Part shown: positions 47,033 to 57,217 of the stretch, piece after piece
Numbering within the stretch: the first letter of the stretch is position 1
How the letters are laid out: the number at the start of each line of letters is the position of its first letter
Virus record (IMG/VR): IMGVR_UViG_3300006931_000005
Location: 1-64,000 of that record
DNA: 64,000 nt
DNA from: a virus
Reading direction: 5' to 3' (one strand)
The notes under the pieces: model-generated
Seen by the model: only the letters and a program-made list of their open reading frames with translations
Told to the model about the DNA's origin: nothing
The model's database searches: none
Made by a program: the position numbers and the translations under genes

Positions 47033-50000
47033 ATGAACTTTGATCCACTCAACCGGGCTGACTGCGTGATCCCGCAATCGCTGATCGACGGCGGCTCTGG
47101 CGGTCAGCAGCCGGACGCCCGGTGCAGCGATGCGGCTTTCGCGGCGGCAAATCCCGGCATCTGCGGGTCGCGCCCCTACTTGGTCATCAAGCCCTCATCC
47201 GCTCTCATTATGCGGCTTTCGTCCATCGGCTTCACGGTGTTCGAGTATTCCAATGGCGTGGAGTCACAGGTCGTTGACGGGCTTTCTTTTTCGAGCTCCA
47301 ACCCGGATATTTTTCTGATTGGCGCGTCCTCCGGCTCCGGCACCGGTATGCTCAAGGGCACCTCGATCATCACTGTGACCCGCAACGGGCTTTCCGCCAG
47401 CGCAAGCGTGACTGTTCTTGACTCGACGATTGGCTGCTTGGGCACGGCTGTTAAAAGCTTGCTCCTGATTGACAACTCGCGCTCGATGAGTCTCGCGTTC
47501 GGCGGCGTTTACCAGTCGCGGCTTGATTTCGCAAAGGCGGCGGCAAAGCGGTGGACGGACAAGCTGATTATGGTGAGCGGTGTGGCCAAGGACGGATTCA
47601 AGCTCGCGTCATTTTCAAACGCGATTGCCAACGTCACGACCGATTACATCGGCGACCAGACCGCGCTCGATTCCGCCATTGACGGCATCGAGCAGACGTT
47701 GGACAAGACTGACGTTTTTGATTCACTGACCGCCGCGATCATGGACATCACGCTGGAGACGGCGGACGAAAAAGTGATCGTGCTGATTTCCGACGGCGAG
47801 CAAAATTCATCGGCCAACTATCAGCCGATCTACGACGCGGCGGCTGCATTCAAGGCGGCAGGCGGCATCATTGTCGTGATCGGCGTCCGCGCCTCTGGAT
47901 CGGCGTTCGATATGCTTGAACGTGTGGCGACCGGTGGATTCTTCCTGAACGGCACGCCATCCACCTCCAATGCCGTGCTCGACGGTCTCGCATTTTTGAA
48001 ATCTTCCGTCTGCGTCGGATCGTGCGTGGATGCCGGTGATGTTTATGTGAATCAGGGCGAGCTGAATTACTCCTCGTTCCAAAACTGGGAGGTACTTTCT
48101 GGCACGGTCGATCTTTGCGGCAACGGCTTCGCTGATTTCCTGCCGAACAACGGGCTGTATCTGGACATGGTTGGCACCGCTTCGTTTACGAACGATAATT
48201 CAGGCAACACAATTCCGCTTGGCGCGATGATCCGCAGCATCGACTCGTTCGCTCTGGTTGGCGGCTCTGATTACACCATCTCTTTCAAGTGCGCCGGGAA
48301 CAACCGGGTCAAGCCCATCGGCGGCATCCAGTCGATCAAGGTTTATCTGCGCGATCCGTCAGCCCCGGCCACGAATCCGAACCTGTTTGAACACTTGGTC
48401 GCACCGAGCTGGGATGCCGGATTCCAGCGTTACACTTTCACGTTCACCGCGCCCTACTCGGCGAACGCCAAGATTTATTTCCAGCAAATTCTGGCCGTGG
48501 GCCGGAACGGAAACGCCATCGACGAGATCACGTTCGCGGATTCAAATCTGAACATCCTGCTCTCCGATAATTTTGACTCGGAGAATCCGGTCTATCTTCC
48601 GCCCGCGTGCGGCAAGGGCACTACGCCGATTCCTTATGTCGGCGGATCGGTCGTGTACAATGCGCTGATTCCAGCTATGACCGGGGCGTCAACCCCGTCA
48701 GGCACCGCATCCGCATCTGCCAACAGCGGCGGCTTTTTGCCTTGGATGGCTTTCGCACAAGCCGGATACAGCGAAGCGGGTTTGCCAAACAAGTGGCAGT
48801 CAGTCGGAAGTTTTTCAGGCGACATTCCTGATTGGCTTGCGTATCAGTTTGGAAGTCCGCAGGTAGTTACACGGTATGAATTCGGCGGCAATAACAGCTT
48901 TGGCGCATCGCCTGTTGACTGGACGTTTGAAGGATCGAATGATGGCGCGAGCTGGACTGTGCTTCACACTATGGTTGGCTATCATTGGCCGAAACCGTAC
49001 ACCGTTCCTGCGAGCGATAATTTTTACGTCTCCAGCTTCAACATCACGAATACGACGGCCTATTCCCGCTATCGCATTCGCTGCACGAAATCTGTCGGCG
49101 GCTTATTCGAGGTGTTCTTGTACCGGATATATCAGTTTCAGATGTACTCCAGCACGCTCGTCACCACCTACACCTATGCTTTTGGTTACGGCGGATGCTA
49201 CGGCGACAACTGCTCGCAACAGGCCGCAGTCGGCCCGCAATTCCAAGATTCAAATCCGCTGCCGGATATTGAATCAGGTGTGGCACCGACGAAGTACACA
49301 GGCAATAAAAGTTTTTGCGCCCAGTGTCTTGCCGGGACGGTGAACATTCAGGCGGATGATTCCGACATCGGCAACCGGACGGTGATCGACGCGGCGGACG
49401 GCACGGTGTTCAACTTCGACACACCACCGACGCTGAATATCATCTGCTGGACGTTTGCGGTATCCGGCTCCTTCGTGCTTTCAATCTACGGGTCGAATGA
49501 CGGTACGACGTGGTTTAAGATTTTCATCACCACAGGCCATGGCTACGCGGCCACGCCCACGGGTGACGCGAACATCGGTTTTGTCAGCGGCAGTTGCAGC
49601 TCGTTCGATCCGGTGCAGTACAAATACTTCAAGCTTGCCTACGACAAGACCAAAGGCACGCTCTCGAAATACAGTTTCGGCGGGATCAAGATCGCCGATT
49701 CGCCGCAGGTCTGCAAAAGCGCCACGGCCACCAGCTACATCAGCCAGAGCGATGCCGACTCGAAGGCATTGGCGGCGGCAACGCTCGCGGCCCAGTCCGC
49801 GCTCCAATGCGTGCAGGTTTACAATTCGACGCAGACGTACACGGCCACCTGTCCGCTCGGCAACGGATCGTCCGTGACCAAGACCGCCACGGCCACCAGC
49901 TTCACCTCGCAGGCGGCGGCTGATGCCGAGGCGCTGGCGGACGCGAAGGCACAGGCGCTCGCGGCCATTGATTGCAGCCAGTCGAATAATACGCAGCCGG

Positions 50001-50464
50001 TCACGATCAATGACAATGCCGTGGCCACACCCTATCCGAGCGTCAAGGTGGTCTCCGGGATGACCGGCCATATCACCAAGGTCACGGTCGCCATCAAGGG
50101 ATTCAAGCACACCTACCCGAACGACGTTGACATCCTGCTTGTCAGCCCAAGCGGAGCCATGGTGAATCTGATGCGGCTTTGCGGCGGTCAGGTTCTCGTA
50201 ACCGGCGTCAACCTCGTGTTCGACGACGCGGCCAGCGGATCGTTGAACAACACAACTCTGGTCAGTGGCACATTTAAGCCGACCGTACTCGGCCCGTTAA
50301 TTTCATTTCCAGCGCCGTGCCCATCTGGAACACCAAGCACGACGCTCGCGGCGTTCATCGGCGGAATTCCGAACGGCGGCTGGGCGCTCTATGTGCAGGA
50401 TGTCAAGCAGCAGGATGTGGGATTGATTGCACAAGGCTGGGATTTGACTATAACCTCTGCGTAA
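47033..50464 (+). CDS. Multidomain virion protein (Ig-like, vWA, carbohydrate-binding, discoidin-like, DUF5977-like, proprotein-convertase P-domain)
   Basis: FSSSNPDI..GT; MIDAS DNSRS...T...LISDG; DWLAYQF...WTFEGSNDG.SW; HTYPNDVDILLVSP...PNGGWALYVQD. Confidence 0.8.
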   Translation: MNFDPLNRADCVIPQSLIDGGSGGQQPDARCSDAAFAAANPGICGSRPYLVIKPSSALIMRLSSIGFTVFEYSNGVESQVVDGLSFSSSNPDIFLIGASSGSGTGMLKGTSIITVTRNGLSASASVTVLDSTIGCLGTAVKSLLLIDNSRSMSLAFGGVYQSRLDFAKAAAKRWTDKLIMVSGVAKDGFKLASFSNAIANVTTDYIGDQTALDSAIDGIEQTLDKTDVFDSLTAAIMDITLETADEKVIVLISDGEQNSSANYQPIYDAAAAFKAAGGIIVVIGVRASGSAFDMLERVATGGFFLNGTPSTSNAVLDGLAFLKSSVCVGSCVDAGDVYVNQGELNYSSFQNWEVLSGTVDLCGNGFADFLPNNGLYLDMVGTASFTNDNSGNTIPLGAMIRSIDSFALVGGSDYTISFKCAGNNRVKPIGGIQSIKVYLRDPSAPATNPNLFEHLVAPSWDAGFQRYTFTFTAPYSANAKIYFQQILAVGRNGNAIDEITFADSNLNILLSDNFDSENPVYLPPACGKGTTPIPYVGGSVVYNALIPAMTGASTPSGTASASANSGGFLPWMAFAQAGYSEAGLPNKWQSVGSFSGDIPDWLAYQFGSPQVVTRYEFGGNNSFGASPVDWTFEGSNDGASWTVLHTMVGYHWPKPYTVPASDNFYVSSFNITNTTAYSRYRIRCTKSVGGLFEVFLYRIYQFQMYSSTLVTTYTYAFGYGGCYGDNCSQQAAVGPQFQDSNPLPDIESGVAPTKYTGNKSFCAQCLAGTVNIQADDSDIGNRTVIDAADGTVFNFDTPPTLNIICWTFAVSGSFVLSIYGSNDGTTWFKIFITTGHGYAATPTGDANIGFVSGSCSSFDPVQYKYFKLAYDKTKGTLSKYSFGGIKIADSPQVCKSATATSYISQSDADSKALAAATLAAQSALQCVQVYNSTQTYTATCPLGNGSSVTKTATATSFTSQAAADAEALADAKAQALAAIDCSQSNNTQPVTINDNAVATPYPSVKVVSGMTGHITKVTVAIKGFKHTYPNDVDILLVSPSGAMVNLMRLCGGQVLVTGVNLVFDDAASGSLNNTTLVSGTFKPTVLGPLISFPAPCPSGTPSTTLAAFIGGIPNGGWALYVQDVKQQDVGLIAQGWDLTITSA

Positions 50465-50465
50465 G

Positions 50466-52277
50466 ATGGCTGATAAATACAAGACAGTCCCGATGACGCC
50501 GCTCACCGGCATCTTCGATGCGCGTACCTCCGTCGATCAGGAGCCAACGGGTGCGTTTGCGTGGAAGCAGAACTTCGAGATCACGCCGGATGGAAAGCTG
50601 CGTCAGGCCACCGGCTTCATCAAACCGTTCGCGCAGTTCAAGACTGTGAATCTCCAGCCGTGCCCCTACGCCAATGCCGACTGGCATAACCAAGGCGGCA
50701 TCGCCAGCAACCGCGAGCCAATCACACTGATCTTTCCGTCCACATCGAACACTCAAGTCCGAAAACTTTACGCCGGAACCAAGACGAAATTCATCCGCTT
50801 GGACGAGGGCAGCGGCCAGTGGACTGTGATCGGCAGCGGATTTGGAAATGACGGCAGCACGCTCCACACCTCGGCCCGATGGAAGGCGGCGGCATTGCAG
50901 AACAAGATTTTCCTGACCAACGGAATTGACAAGATTCAGTACCACGACATCTCGACGGACGTGATGCAGGAAGTGACCAGCCTGAACACGGCTGGAGTTG
51001 GCGGAGCGGCTGTGAGCAAGGCTATGATCGTGATCGAATATCAGGGCGCGATCCTGCTGATGAATATGTACGAGGGGGCGACCCGGTTTGGTAGCCGAAT
51101 CCGCTGGTCTGGCCTGAACAACGGCACGGACTTTACGATCTCCGGCAGCAGCATCACGGATTACCAAGACCTCGATTACGGTGAGGAGATTCTGAACGCG
51201 ATCATCATGTCCGGGCTGCTCTACATCTTCACCGACCGGGCGATCTGGAAGTGCAATTTCACGGTGGACGCCGTGAATAATCAGGCGGCTCTGACGTGCA
51301 ACCGTTTTTACAGCGAGCCCCGCAACAAGGCGAAGTGCTTGGCGTTCCCGAACACGCTGGTCAGCACCGGGCTTGACCTGTATTACGCGGGCACCGACGC
51401 GATCTACCATTACAATCCGTATCTCGCGGAGCCGGAGCGCGTCGAGTGGATTTACCGCTCGACCTCCATCATCTTTGACGACGGCAACATCCAGATTGAC
51501 CGCGAGGCGTGCCAAGCTCCGGTCGCTGATTTCTGGCCGGATAAAAACGAGATTCATTTTTCGTGGCCCATCGTGGATGCGAGCCCGACATCGGCTGACG
51601 TGCCCAACTGCAACTCACCGGCCAACAAGTCGGTGAGCTCCGGCATCAACCGGTACACGATGGTCATCAACACGAAATATATGACGTGCGATTTCCGGGA
51701 TTACGGGATGTCCGCGTACTCGAATTTCCGCTCCGACCTCCATGCAGTCGGCGACTGCAACCAGTCCGTGCTTTTTCTTGGTGCCCATGGCACGGACTTC
51801 TGCCTGAAGCAGCTCGGCACCGGTTATTACCGGGAGATTTACGATCCGGTTTTTGACTCCTACAAAAACACCGGTTACACGCCGATGCTGCGCGGAATTT
51901 TCCCCTTCGGTCGCTTCGACGCCGACAAGATCATCAGCAAGTTCGTGATCGACGGGATCGCCGACGGCGACAACGGCACCGTGTTCGCGCTGCGGATCGG
52001 CACGTCATTTACGCTGATGAATCCGAATGAGACCGTGGCCGGATGCAGCGTGCTCTGGAAGAAGCTTTCCAACAAGCCGATCAAATGCCTGATGAACAAG
52101 TCGGCGGAAGCATACTCCGCCGCCAATGTCAGGCCGAACACAAACACCAACTGGGATTTTTACTACCGTGGACGGTATTTGTATTTCGAGATTTCTATCC
52201 AGAACAAGGATGGCACCCCGGCGAACGCTGGCGGCGTCATGCTATCACGGCTTGAGGTAAAGGCGATTGCCGCATGA
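50466..52277 (+). CDS. Tail nozzle / stabilisation protein (beta-propeller)
   Basis: LTNGID, RIRWSGLN, LYIFTDRAIW; podovirus tail context. Confidence 0.72.
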   Translation: MADKYKTVPMTPLTGIFDARTSVDQEPTGAFAWKQNFEITPDGKLRQATGFIKPFAQFKTVNLQPCPYANADWHNQGGIASNREPITLIFPSTSNTQVRKLYAGTKTKFIRLDEGSGQWTVIGSGFGNDGSTLHTSARWKAAALQNKIFLTNGIDKIQYHDISTDVMQEVTSLNTAGVGGAAVSKAMIVIEYQGAILLMNMYEGATRFGSRIRWSGLNNGTDFTISGSSITDYQDLDYGEEILNAIIMSGLLYIFTDRAIWKCNFTVDAVNNQAALTCNRFYSEPRNKAKCLAFPNTLVSTGLDLYYAGTDAIYHYNPYLAEPERVEWIYRSTSIIFDDGNIQIDREACQAPVADFWPDKNEIHFSWPIVDASPTSADVPNCNSPANKSVSSGINRYTMVINTKYMTCDFRDYGMSAYSNFRSDLHAVGDCNQSVLFLGAHGTDFCLKQLGTGYYREIYDPVFDSYKNTGYTPMLRGIFPFGRFDADKIISKFVIDGIADGDNGTVFALRIGTSFTLMNPNETVAGCSVLWKKLSNKPIKCLMNKSAEAYSAANVRPNTNTNWDFYYRGRYLYFEISIQNKDGTPANAGGVMLSRLEVKAIAA

Positions 52278-52648
52278 TCCACAGAAACAAAACCTTCGTG
52301 CGCGTAGTGCTGACAGCCGCCTTCTATTCGATCAATCATCCTTCAAAAATTCCGCCCGCGCTGATGTCGGTCTGGCGGGCATTTTTCTTCAACCGTGGCC
52401 AGCAGGCCAGCCGGACGATGTACATCCGGCGCTGCCTGCGCTGCCGGTCATGCCCAGTGTTCCACAAGCCGACGCGATCCTGCGGGGCTCCGACTTCCGA
52501 CAACCCGGAGCTGGGCTGCTGGTGCTTCGCATGGTATAAGAACAAGCTGAAGTCAGCCCGGTGCTGGATGCGCGACAACTGTGAATACAAAGCAACCAAG
52601 GAATTCTCATGGCCAACGAAACTGATGCGCCAAAAGTGGTCGCGGTGA
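52274..52648 (+). CDS. Cys-rich hypothetical protein
   Basis: CRSC...C...GCWC...CW. Confidence 0.6.
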   Translation: MIHRNKTFVRVVLTAAFYSINHPSKIPPALMSVWRAFFFNRGQQASRTMYIRRCLRCRSCPVFHKPTRSCGAPTSDNPELGCWCFAWYKNKLKSARCWMRDNCEYKATKEFSWPTKLMRQKWSR

Positions 52649-53202
52649 TCGACATCCCGCCCCCCGTCTCGGCAGAGCCAAAGCGCGACTGGCGCGAGCC
52701 GCCGCCAAATCTGCCATTCGGCCACCGGCTGCTCAACGAGATAGACCCGGAGCGCACCATGCTCTACCCGGATCAGCAACGCAAGGTTCTGGCCATCGAA
52801 AACGAGGAGGCGCTGAAGGCGATGCTCTACGCCGACCTTGGCGACACGCTGAATCCCGACATAATGACCGCCCAGAAGGTTTTCGGAGACCTTGTAAAGC
52901 GCGAATTTGAGATTCCCAGCATCCTGATGACATGGCAGTTTTACACCCTTGCCCAGTGTATGCTGGCCATCGACGATGGGCGCAAGCTGGCGGCTGATAA
53001 AACGCTGTCCGGGGCCGAGCGGGTGAAGGGATTTCAAATCCAGATGGAGGGAGTACGCGCCCTGATCCAGATCAACGGTAGGCTGTCAAAACTGGCGTCG
53101 AAGATGGGCGCGATCAAATATCAGAGCAAGAAAAAGAAGGTGGCCAAGGTTGCCCGCGCCATCCGTGCCGCGCCAACTTTGTCACCGGAGCCACAGGCAT
53201 AG
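52609..53202 (+). CDS. Hypothetical protein
   Basis: 197-aa ORF with basic C-terminus. Confidence 0.65.
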   Translation: MANETDAPKVVAVIDIPPPVSAEPKRDWREPPPNLPFGHRLLNEIDPERTMLYPDQQRKVLAIENEEALKAMLYADLGDTLNPDIMTAQKVFGDLVKREFEIPSILMTWQFYTLAQCMLAIDDGRKLAADKTLSGAERVKGFQIQMEGVRALIQINGRLSKLASKMGAIKYQSKKKKVAKVARAIRAAPTLSPEPQA

Positions 53203-53245
53203 GATTACCCTTGTTTAAGCGGCTGTTTGAACTTAATGTTTTCTC

Positions 53246-53590
53246 ATGGCTCTTGATCCACAAGGCAATTATTACGCGGCACTCCCGGACGAAGTTCGCG
53301 GGAATGGAACCGGCTCAATCAGCGCCATTGGCTCCGGTTCTGGAGCGCCTGATGCCAGCACCAAGGTCACTACCATTTATGTGGATGTCGCCACCGGTAA
53401 TATTTATGCCTACGTTTCAGGGGCTTGGGTGGCCAGTGGTGGTGCGGGCAGCAACGGCCAGATCGTGATCTACACCAGCGGCACCCCGTCCAACCCGTCG
53501 GACATCACCAAGCCAGCCCTTGCTTACGATCCGAACGGCATCCAGCCGATTGTCGGATGGAACACAACCACCCACCTCTGGAGCCTCTAA
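53246..53590 (+). CDS. Small fibre/decoration-type protein
   Basis: GSGAP...IYVD..TGNIY...GAW repeat. Confidence 0.62.
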   Translation: MALDPQGNYYAALPDEVRGNGTGSISAIGSGSGAPDASTKVTTIYVDVATGNIYAYVSGAWVASGGAGSNGQIVIYTSGTPSNPSDITKPALAYDPNGIQPIVGWNTTTHLWSL

Positions 53591-53595
53591 TTTTT

Positions 53596-55224
53596 ATGAA
53601 GAAAATCACCTCACTAGCCATACTGTTTTTCACCCTGAACCTGATGGCGCAGACCGCGCAGTTGAAGGGCACCAACAATTTTACAGGCAACAATGCGTTC
53701 AACAATTTTGTCGGATTTACGAACGGAGCGAACGTCTATGCGATGGATGGCGTCGGCAGGTTTACGATGACCAATTTGGCGAATGGCGCGTACTGGATCA
53801 TGGGCACCAATGGTCATTACAGGGGCGTTGACCAGTTTGGAAATCTGCGCGAGTGGACGACCAACCGATTTACGGTTCAAACCACTGTTGGCGGAGTATC
53901 GAAAACGCTGCTGTTTTCAAACGATGTTTTGTCCGTAGATGGCACAGCAGTTTTACTTACCGGCGCAAGCGTAACATTGCCGCCGGACATTTACGGGAAC
54001 AATATCAACGCATCAAACAAACTGACCTTTACCAATCGCGTTCCGCTGATTGATGCTTCTGCCACAACACCGGGTCAATTCGGGTTGTACGATGCGTGGT
54101 CAACGAATTACAACGGCGTTCCAAACACGACTCCGGTTTATGGTGTTGCGGTTCAGAACGGGCAATCGAGCGCCGGAAATTGGTACACCGAGGCCTTTCC
54201 AAGTTCTTATCTAATCCCGCAAAATGGATATGTTTCACCGCCTGCGGTGCCGGGAGGGGGAAGTTGTGTTCAGAACTATATCTGGAACGCTCACTGGCAA
54301 CCCATTGGAGGGGATGACCGGTTCAATGTGGGATTGGCTGAAATGTGGGGGCCTAACGGGATTGGTGGTGGAGTAACTGAATTTCTTGTTAAAAAATCAA
54401 CCAACGCACCATCGAGCGTTGGTGCATTGTTTTGCACTCCGCTCGTAATAGATGGCTATAACCGTGTCACCATAGCGCGGAATTTTTCACAACACACAAT
54501 CTATAATGTTGCGGCTGGTGTGCTTGATATTTGGGATGGCGTTGACATAGTACCGGCAATCAAATTCCACAATGGGGGGCTAATCGCCACGCCTTCACCG
54601 AGGGGGCTTGAGGCTGACAGCAGCGGCAATCTTTTTTGGACGGATAATACATCCACCCGTTCGCAGGTATTTGTAGGGTCGAACGCATCTTCGCTCACTA
54701 ACATGAGCGTCAGCACGGCGACCGGAAGCCTGCCATCAGCCTCATCGTGGAAGCAGAGGCTTATGTACTCCGGTGTTACCAATGCACTGACTTCCGGCAA
54801 TGGCACGAACTATGTTGGTATTCCAGCCAATAAAATTGTGAACATTGGAGACAAGATTACTTTTGATGCAATGGTTTACTCTGGCAGCGCACCAGCCCTG
54901 CGCAGCGTGATGTTTCAGGTAAACAATACGAATGTATTTTCGGCGGGTCGTAAACTTGGCTCCAGCGGCGTAAACTGGACTACATTTCAGGGGACTTTGA
55001 AGTATGTCGGCTTGACGAATGCCATTATTGAGGGTCTTAAAATGACATCGGCGGGCGGGGCGAACATGAATGATGAAACTCAAACTGGAAATCCAGACCG
55101 CCAAGGCGTTCCTTTCTATTTCGACCCCACAGTTACGAATAACCTGATGATTTACGACACCGGCAAGGATGGTAAAACGATAGTCGAATGGTTTGACGGC
55201 GAATACAGCTCGGCCACGCAATGA
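53596..55224 (+). CDS. Fibre-like T/N/G-rich protein with signal peptide
   Basis: MKKITSLAILFFTLNLMAQ, then GTNNFTGNNAF; AT-richer distal part. Confidence 0.7.
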   Translation: MKKITSLAILFFTLNLMAQTAQLKGTNNFTGNNAFNNFVGFTNGANVYAMDGVGRFTMTNLANGAYWIMGTNGHYRGVDQFGNLREWTTNRFTVQTTVGGVSKTLLFSNDVLSVDGTAVLLTGASVTLPPDIYGNNINASNKLTFTNRVPLIDASATTPGQFGLYDAWSTNYNGVPNTTPVYGVAVQNGQSSAGNWYTEAFPSSYLIPQNGYVSPPAVPGGGSCVQNYIWNAHWQPIGGDDRFNVGLAEMWGPNGIGGGVTEFLVKKSTNAPSSVGALFCTPLVIDGYNRVTIARNFSQHTIYNVAAGVLDIWDGVDIVPAIKFHNGGLIATPSPRGLEADSSGNLFWTDNTSTRSQVFVGSNASSLTNMSVSTATGSLPSASSWKQRLMYSGVTNALTSGNGTNYVGIPANKIVNIGDKITFDAMVYSGSAPALRSVMFQVNNTNVFSAGRKLGSSGVNWTTFQGTLKYVGLTNAIIEGLKMTSAGGANMNDETQTGNPDRQGVPFYFDPTVTNNLMIYDTGKDGKTIVEWFDGEYSSATQ

Positions 55225-55694
55225 AATTCTCGGCAATCATCTTGGTGGTCGCAATCTGCTCGCTGGCGCGGGCAGACATTGTTTTTTCGTGGACTGATTG
55301 CACGAATCATTTGAAGGGGTCGACCACGCTCATCTGGGCTGGCACCAAAGCGCCGTTGAATTATTCGACATCGTATCCGACGCTAGGAACAAACTTTCTG
55401 TTTCCTGCATCGGCGCTGCCAGTTGGCTTGAGCTATTTCGCCTGTCAGCAGATTGCAACCAATAAAGATGGGTCGGTCTGCGCCACGCCCATGTCCGGCG
55501 AAATCCAAGTTCAGGTAAACCCGGCGGTCGAGGTAGATGTTCAGACCATGGCCAGCACCAATCTAGGATCAGGCTGGACGGTCGTAAGCCAGCAGTCGCT
55601 TGTATTTCCAACCGCAGACGCGCAGCAGCAATTTTTCAGAACCCAACAGCGGATGATCCGCACAAACCTAATCGTACTACCCCCATCACCATGA
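55221..55694 (+). CDS. Secreted beta-sandwich protein with STNL..W..FFR tail
   Basis: Signal peptide ending ARA-D; ASTNLGSGW...QQFFR. Confidence 0.7.
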   Translation: MKFSAIILVVAICSLARADIVFSWTDCTNHLKGSTTLIWAGTKAPLNYSTSYPTLGTNFLFPASALPVGLSYFACQQIATNKDGSVCATPMSGEIQVQVNPAVEVDVQTMASTNLGSGWTVVSQQSLVFPTADAQQQFFRTQQRMIRTNLIVLPPSP

Positions 55695-56092
55695 GCGAAA
55701 ATTGGCAAATTGCATTGTTCACAATCGTCGGCGGCTGGCTGTTTGTCGGATCATCGGCGGTTACTGGAATGTTTTTTTCCATGCGTGACCGGCTTACCCG
55801 TGTCGAAACATCGGTCGAATTTATGATTGATGCGACTGGCAGGTTGGCGGCGAAAAAGCTTCACAGCCCGGACAATCATCTTGGCATTGATGGTATGCTC
55901 GACAAGTATATCGAGAGCCACCAAATGACTACTGAAGAATGGTTGGAACTTAAAAACCTGTGCATTCTTACGCGCTCAAATCCAGCCGCCAGCAAGACTG
56001 AAAAGGTGTACGCAGAATTCTTGGTTGAAATCTGTGAGCACAAACTTTCCCCAAAAAGTCTTTCACACTCAAAAGGAATCCTTAAAATCTAA
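55691..56092 (+). CDS. Single-TM membrane protein (lysis-associated?)
   Basis: N-terminal TM followed by RLTRVET. Confidence 0.65.
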   Translation: MSENWQIALFTIVGGWLFVGSSAVTGMFFSMRDRLTRVETSVEFMIDATGRLAAKKLHSPDNHLGIDGMLDKYIESHQMTTEEWLELKNLCILTRSNPAASKTEKVYAEFLVEICEHKLSPKSLSHSKGILKI

Positions 56093-56097
56093 ACGCT

Positions 56098-56412
56098 ATG
56101 AAATCTAAAACCAATCTTGGCGGGGCTCTGATGGTTCTCGGCTCCGCGCTTACCGGCGTCGGCGTGCTAACGCAGTTTGCGCCCAGCGTCGGCATGGAGA
56201 TACCCCACCCTGTTATGATCGCCATGTGGTTTGTCGCCTTGGCTGGATTCATCATTGGCGCGGTCGGTAAATTCGTGACCGCTTATTTTGCCGCAGACAA
56301 CGCGGACGTGCAGAGTGTGGCAAAGACGGTAGATACCATAAACCAAAGCGGCCCGGCTATGATCGCAGCCCCGGCCATCAACGCAAACCAAGACACCAAC
56401 AAAACACCATGA
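56098..56412 (+). CDS. Holin-like two-TM protein
   Basis: KSKTNLGG start, two TM helices, FAAD. Confidence 0.6.
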   Translation: MKSKTNLGGALMVLGSALTGVGVLTQFAPSVGMEIPHPVMIAMWFVALAGFIIGAVGKFVTAYFAADNADVQSVAKTVDTINQSGPAMIAAPAINANQDTNKTP

Positions 56413-56831
56413 AAAATAACAAATGGCTTATCGCCATCACCTCCCTGATCGCCCTGACTTCCGTGCTTTACGGAATCGCCATGACCACGGGCTGCAAGTC
56501 GCCTCCCGAAGCAGGAGTCTATCGCACCGAGAAGCTGATCGCTGATGCGGCGACCAGCGCCGTTCACACGTTCAACGTGTACTATAAGCAGCAGACCGCA
56601 ACCGCCCCTGCGAGCGCCGATCTTGAGGCAACCCGCACTCAAATCTACGACGCTTCGCGCAAGCTGTCGGCAATGCTCAATGTCGTCGATCAAGCCCGGC
56701 TGAACTACACGCAGAACCCGGCGCAGACCAACCAGTCCTCGATGTTCATCGCGCTGCAAGCCGCGTCCGACCAGTCATCGAACATCGTGGCCGTCGTTAA
56801 TCTTTTCCGTGCAGCTCATCCCGCGAAGTAA
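56409..56831 (+). CDS. Lipoprotein
   Basis: Signal peptide with TTGC lipobox. Confidence 0.7.
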   Translation: MKNNKWLIAITSLIALTSVLYGIAMTTGCKSPPEAGVYRTEKLIADAATSAVHTFNVYYKQQTATAPASADLEATRTQIYDASRKLSAMLNVVDQARLNYTQNPAQTNQSSMFIALQAASDQSSNIVAVVNLFRAAHPAK

Positions 56832-56864
56832 ACACCAACCAATCGAAACCTGACCAAATAAATT

Positions 56865-57203
56865 ATGAAAACCCTTCTCATCTCTGACGCCCAGCTCGGT
56901 CAACCCGGCGCTGGTGATTTCACCGGCCAGTCTCCGGCCCCGGCTCCTGCGATCTCGACCGCCGACAAGATCAAGGCCATTGAAGCCGAGCTTGGTGCTG
57001 GCCTTACGCTGGCTGCGAACATTTCCGGTGCCATCGACCCGGCACTGATCCCGTTCATCGTCATTGGCAAGGCCGCAGCCGCCGCCGTCCCCGGCATCGT
57101 GGATGACGTGACTGCGATGATCGAAGGCGGAGCCCCGTCCCCGGAGGACAATGTGGCTCTCGCCCAAAAGATCGCCGGTCTCAACAGCCCGGAGAATCTG
57201 TAA
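56865..57203 (+). CDS. Ala-rich hypothetical protein
   Basis: ATG after an A-rich leader; ends before the terminator. Confidence 0.7.
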   Translation: MKTLLISDAQLGQPGAGDFTGQSPAPAPAISTADKIKAIEAELGAGLTLAANISGAIDPALIPFIVIGKAAAAAVPGIVDDVTAMIEGGAPSPEDNVALAQKIAGLNSPENL

Positions 57204-57217
57204 CAAATCTTCAAAAC

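Noticed and set aside
47033-55224. Diversity-generating retroelement targeting adhesin or fibre genes
   Set aside because: No reverse transcriptase and no template/variable repeat pair noticed.
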